This document shows, one piece after another, positions 59,718-64,000 of a DNA stretch of 64,000 nt (position 1 is its first letter; each line of letters begins with the position of its first letter). Below the pieces are notes generated by a model. The model was given only the letters and a program-made list of their open reading frames with translations, was not told the origin of the DNA and searched no databases. The translations under genes and the position numbers were made by a program. The stretch spans positions 6,080,001-6,144,000 of the forward strand of contig CM000151.3 in assembly GCA_000004695.1 (NCBI GenBank), given 5' to 3'. This stretch comes from Dictyostelium discoideum (Eukaryota).

Positions 59718-60764
59718 TTATTTAATTTTTCCAAATGTTTTAATTAACAAATCATTAGACTTTAAAAAATTAGTTTTAAAATCTTGAGAAATTGCAGTGA
59801 AAAATTGATGATTACAATTGTCATTATTTTCTTTTGAAAGTTTTTTAATATCTTTTTCAACTGGTATTAATGAAAAAATAAAAGGTGATATTTCAACCAA
59901 AACAATTGGTCTATTTACATTTAAACAACTATTAGTTTCATAGATTTGATTTGTTACTTTACCTAGATTAACTGGAGAACGAGCAATATGAAAAAGAAAT
60001 TCTGCATTAAAATCTTGAGTTTTCTTATTATATAATTTTGCAGTTGAACATGATATATTTGGAATTTCAGGTTCAAATGATTGAAATGATAATTGTTTAA
60101 AATCATTTTCAACTGGATCGATATCTGATGTATGAAAATTAATTAAACCTTCAATACAATGAAATCGGATTTCATTTTTAGATAAATAACAAATTAATTG
60201 ATCGATTTCATTTTGATCACCAGCCACCAATATTAAATCATAGCATAAACAACCACAAATTTGAATTGATGGATAATTTGGTTTAATAAAATCCCAATAA
60301 TAATCTTCAGGTTTTTTAATGGATATTATTTTCTTTATTGTTTTATTTTCAAGTTTTGTCATTAAACATGCTCTTTTATGGGAAATGAAACAAGCGGTTT
60401 CCAAATCGATTAAACCTGAACAATAAGCTGAAGCAATCTCTCCTAAACTCATACCAACTATTTGATCTGGTTTTACACCATAATGTTTATAAAGTTTAAA
60501 AATTGAAACTTGAAACATAAATGATATACAATGAATAAAATGTTGTTCTAGAAATGAATCACTATCATTCTCTTTAAGATTTTTATATTTATCAAACATT
60601 GAATATCCATAATATTTTTCATTAAAAATATTATCAATTTCCATTATCGTTGATTTAAAATTATTTCCATTTTCAAATAATTCTAATGGTATTTTATTTT
60701 TAAATGAACCTTGACCAGAAAATATAAATACTAAATATGGTTTTGTTATTTTATTTTCTTCCAT
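59718..60764 (-). CDS. stand-alone acyltransferase (malonyl-CoA:ACP transacylase / PKS AT-domain-like) protein, 348 aa, intronless. Motifs FSGQGS, GMSLGE (His of GHSLGE replaced by Met) and FHTS.
   Basis: MEENKITKPYLVFIFSGQGSFKNK...IVGMSLGEIASAYCSGLIDLETACFISHKRA...LINFHTSDIDPV has AT-domain block order and spacing. Confidence 0.7.
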   Translation of the reverse strand: MEENKITKPYLVFIFSGQGSFKNKIPLELFENGNNFKSTIMEIDNIFNEKYYGYSMFDKYKNLKENDSDSFLEQHFIHCISFMFQVSIFKLYKHYGVKPDQIVGMSLGEIASAYCSGLIDLETACFISHKRACLMTKLENKTIKKIISIKKPEDYYWDFIKPNYPSIQICGCLCYDLILVAGDQNEIDQLICYLSKNEIRFHCIEGLINFHTSDIDPVENDFKQLSFQSFEPEIPNISCSTAKLYNKKTQDFNAEFLFHIARSPVNLGKVTNQIYETNSCLNVNRPIVLVEISPFIFSLIPVEKDIKKLSKENNDNCNHQFFTAISQDFKTNFLKSNDLLIKTFGKIK

Positions 60765-61359
60765 TTAAAATTTTAATTATTATTATATTTATATTAAGTA
60801 TGTCTGTGTGTTTATGTAAGTGAAAAAAAATAAAAAAAAAATAAAAAAAAATAAAAATAAAAATAAAAATAAAAATAAAAATAAAAAATAAAAATAATAA
60901 AAAATAAAAATAAACACAACGTAATGTAATAAAAAAAAAAAAAAATTACAAGTCAAAAGTAATAATTAAAATTAATAAAATTTAATTCATTATTTTAAAA
61001 ATAAAATAATTATAAAAATTAATGAATCTGTTTTAAAAAATATCTAGATATCTTATTATTATTTACTTATTATTGTTTTTCCCAATGGGAATTTCTTTAG
61101 GTTAATAGAAGAAATTCTATTTAAATATAATAAAAATAGAACAAAACTGTTTTTTAAAAAAAAAAAAAAAAAAGAGATGATTTTCTAAAGATTTTTTTAT
61201 TTTCTTTTTGCTTCATAAAAAAAACAAAAAAATTCTTTTTAAGATATTTTTCTCATTTTCTTTTTTTATTTTTATTTTTTTTTTTTACTTTTTGATTAAT
61301 TTTTTTTTTTTTTTCCTAAACCGTAATTTTATTTGAAAGTGAAAAAAAAAAAAAAAAAA

Positions 61360-62516
61360 ATGATTTCAGGTATTGAAGAAGATATAAAAGAAAAACCATT
61401 TGTTGTGTTTTTTTTTTCAGGTCAAGGTGGAATTCATAATAAATTAGCAGTCGAATTATATGAAAAAGAACCAGTTTTTAAGAAATGGACTGATGATATT
61501 GATAATATTTTAAAAGAGAAATATTATGGATATTCGATGATTGAAAAATTAAAATCAATAAACGATGATGATAGAGAAGCATTATATGATCAACATCTTG
61601 CTCATTCAATTTTATTTATATTACAAATTTCATTATTTAAATTATATAAACATTATGATGTAACTCCTGATATAATTTATGGTTTAAGGTATTATTTAAT
61701 TTGAAAAAATATAATAAAAATAATAATACTTTTTTTTTTATTTTAAATTTTATATTAATTAATATAATATTTAATAATTATTATTTTAGTTTAGGTGAGA
61801 TTGCATCATCATATTGTTCTGGAATGATTGATTTAGAAACAGCATGTTTTGTTTTATATTCAAGAGCAGTATCAATTAATAAAACATTTAAAGAATATGA
61901 TAGAACATTGGTATCAGTTGATATTTCAGAAGAAAATTTCAATTCAAAATATAGTTTAAAATTCCCATCAATTGAAATTGCTTGTAAAATTCATGCTCAT
62001 ACCATTACATTGGGTGGGAAAATTACAGATATTAATCAACTATTTGAATTGTTTGATATTGATAATGTCAGTTATAAAAGATTACCAATTGCATCAAGTT
62101 TTCACACTTCTTCTATGGAATCTATTAGGGAAGAAATTCTTAATTTATCATTCGATTATTCTCAACCTACTATTACTCATTTTTCAACAGTAACTTGTAA
62201 ACCATTTGATATCAAAACCCAACCATTTAATTCATTTTATCTTTATAATAATATTCGTGAGCCATGTCTATTGGAAGAATCAACAAAAAATATTTATTTA
62301 TTTCATTTAAATAATAATAATTTAAATTATGATAATAATAACAATAATTATAAAAATAATGAATATAATTATGACAATATTGATAAATTAACAAATCAAA
62401 AAAAATATAACCAATCAAAAAAACCAATATTTATAATAGAAATATCTGCGCAATACTCTTTAATTTATTTTATTGAGAAAACAATATATGAATTATCAAT
62501 CAAATATAATGATAAA

Positions 62517-62559
<43 letters not shown>

Positions 62560-62663
62560 TTAATAATAATAAATTTTTATCTACCTTGTATAGAGACAAA
62601 AATGGAGATTTAAATACATTTAAAAATGTAATATCAAATATTAAAGAGGTTTACAAAAACTAA
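61360..62663 (+). CDS. paralogous stand-alone AT-domain-like protein (exon1 61360..61688, intron GTATTA...TTTTAG, exon2 61790..62663). The intron splits the G-L|S-LGE active-site motif. C-terminal Asn/Tyr-rich tail.
   Basis: FFFSGQGGIHNK...IIYGL/SLGEIASSYCSGMIDLETACFVLYSRA...ASSFHTSSMESI. Divergently oriented to the 59718..60764 gene. Confidence 0.65.
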
Positions 62664-63297
62664 TAATTATATTAAGTTTTGACAACAGCCACACAGAAGG
62701 AGAGATAGGCAGATACAGAAGCAGAGAGAGAGAAGATTATGGGTTATTTTGGGTAGAAGGGATAGAGGGGGTAGAAATTTTAATATTACTGGGCTATTCA
62801 TTAATAAAAAAAAAAAAATAAAAAATTTGTTATGTTTTAAAAATTATTTTTAATTTGTCAGTGTTTTTAAACAGATTTTTTAAAAAATAAAAACAATATC
62901 ACTGATATCAGTGGTTCATTAAAAAAAAAAAAAAAATTTTTTTTTTTTTTTAATTTTTAATCTAAAAAGATTAAATAGTGGGAATTTATTGTATTTTTTG
63001 ATTTTTTTATTTAAATTTATTATTTTAAAAATATATTTAATAAATCTTTTTTTTAAAATTTTAAATTATCATTTTTTATTTTTATTTTTTTTTTTTTTTT
63101 TTTAATTTTTATACTTGCACATAAAAAAAACAAAATAAAATAAAATTAAATTTAATCTTCATTAATTAATTTATTTAATTAACAAGTAAAGAAATAAAAA
63201 AAATAACAAGTAAGAAAAAAAAAAAAATTCAATCATCATATAAAAAAAAAAAAATTCTAACATATCAAAAATAATTATAATAAATTTTAAAAAAATT

Positions 63298-64000
63298 ATG
63301 GAAGAAATTTTATTTCCAACCAAATCACCACATATTACATTTATGTTTACTGGTCAAGGATGTTGTTTTCCAAAAATGGGTCTTGGTTTATATAATAGTG
63401 AACCAATATTTAAAGAATGGATTGATAGAATTGATGAAATTTTAAAATCAAAATATTATGGTTATTCAATGTTTGAAAAAATTAATTCAATTGATGAAAA
63501 AGATCAAGATGGATTAAACAATCAACATTTATCACATTCTGCTTTATTCATGTTTGAAGTTTCTCTATGTAAATTATTAAATTATTATGGTTTACATCCA
63601 AATTTAATAATTGGTATAAGTTTGGGTGAAATCGCATCAGCATTTTGTTCTGGTATGATTGATTTAGAGACATCATGTTTTTTAACCTATAAAAGGGCAT
63701 TCTCAATTGAAAAAACCATTAATGGTGATAGTACATTAATTATAGTTGCAATTTCTGAAAATGAATTTTTAAATAATTATTCATTGAAATATACAAATAT
63801 TGAAATTGCAAGTAACCTTACATCATCATCATTATTAGTGGGTGGTAAAAAAAATGATTTACTTTCATTTTGTCAAGAATTAAAAGAAAAGAAAATATTT
63901 TTCGCTCAAACCTCATTACCAACTTCATTTCATACATCAAGTATGGAACCAATTAAAAATGATATAATTCAATTAACAATTAATAATCAGTCACCTAAAA
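63298..64000 (+). CDS. third paralogous AT-domain-like protein, truncated by the window end (MEEILFPTKSPHITFMFTGQGCCF...IIGISLGEIASAFCSGMIDLETSCF...PTSFHTSSMEPI)
   Basis: Same motif set (TGQG, GISLGE, FHTS) as the two preceding genes. Confidence 0.65.
   Translation, partial: MEEILFPTKSPHITFMFTGQGCCFPKMGLGLYNSEPIFKEWIDRIDEILKSKYYGYSMFEKINSIDEKDQDGLNNQHLSHSALFMFEVSLCKLLNYYGLHPNLIIGISLGEIASAFCSGMIDLETSCFLTYKRAFSIEKTINGDSTLIIVAISENEFLNNYSLKYTNIEIASNLTSSSLLVGGKKNDLLSFCQELKEKKIFFAQTSLPTSFHTSSMEPIKNDIIQLTINNQSPK

Overview
This window is extremely AT-rich, intron-poor eukaryotic nuclear DNA. The base composition, the short GTAAGT/GTATGT...TAG introns, the (AAT)n-encoded poly-Asn/poly-Gln tracts inside ORFs and the very long A/T homopolymers are all typical of Dictyostelium discoideum. 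Most of the small ORFs in the supplied track are low-complexity artefacts; the caller also appears to accept TTG as a start codon.

Housekeeping genes, mostly 1-4 exons, identified from their conserved protein sequence:
- ribosomal protein S24
- TATA-binding protein
- COP9 signalosome subunit 8
- PP1 catalytic subunit
- SRP54
- a CMC1-type twin-Cx9C protein
- an NCS-1-like EF-hand protein
- an RRM+RGG protein
- a CBS-pair protein
- endonuclease V with a long N-terminal extension
- a cytosolic 5'-nucleotidase
- a site-2-protease (M50) homologue
- an ABCA-type TMD-NBD transporter

Accessory content:
- An array of four tiny two-exon 'microgenes' encoding 50-58 aa proteins. Each has a conserved MLF/MLS start split by a phase-1 intron and a conserved ...TRPNF(I/V)xY end.
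- A rearranged tandem duplication of an FNIP-repeat gene: one decayed copy, one copy with a frameshift in a C8 run, and a co-duplicated 3' fragment of the neighbouring 5'-nucleotidase gene.
- Two tRNA genes, Val-AAC and Asp-GUC, each followed immediately downstream by non-LTR retrotransposons. These carry an APE-type endonuclease plus reverse transcriptase and look like the tRNA-targeted TRE3-type elements. They include a 14-bp target-site duplication, a nested or tandem arrangement, and internal deletion, frameshift and nonsense lesions.
- At the right edge, three paralogous stand-alone acyltransferase (malonyl-CoA:ACP transacylase / PKS AT-domain-like) genes. All three carry GxSLGE in place of the canonical GHSLGE. 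Two are arranged divergently and the third is cut by the window end.
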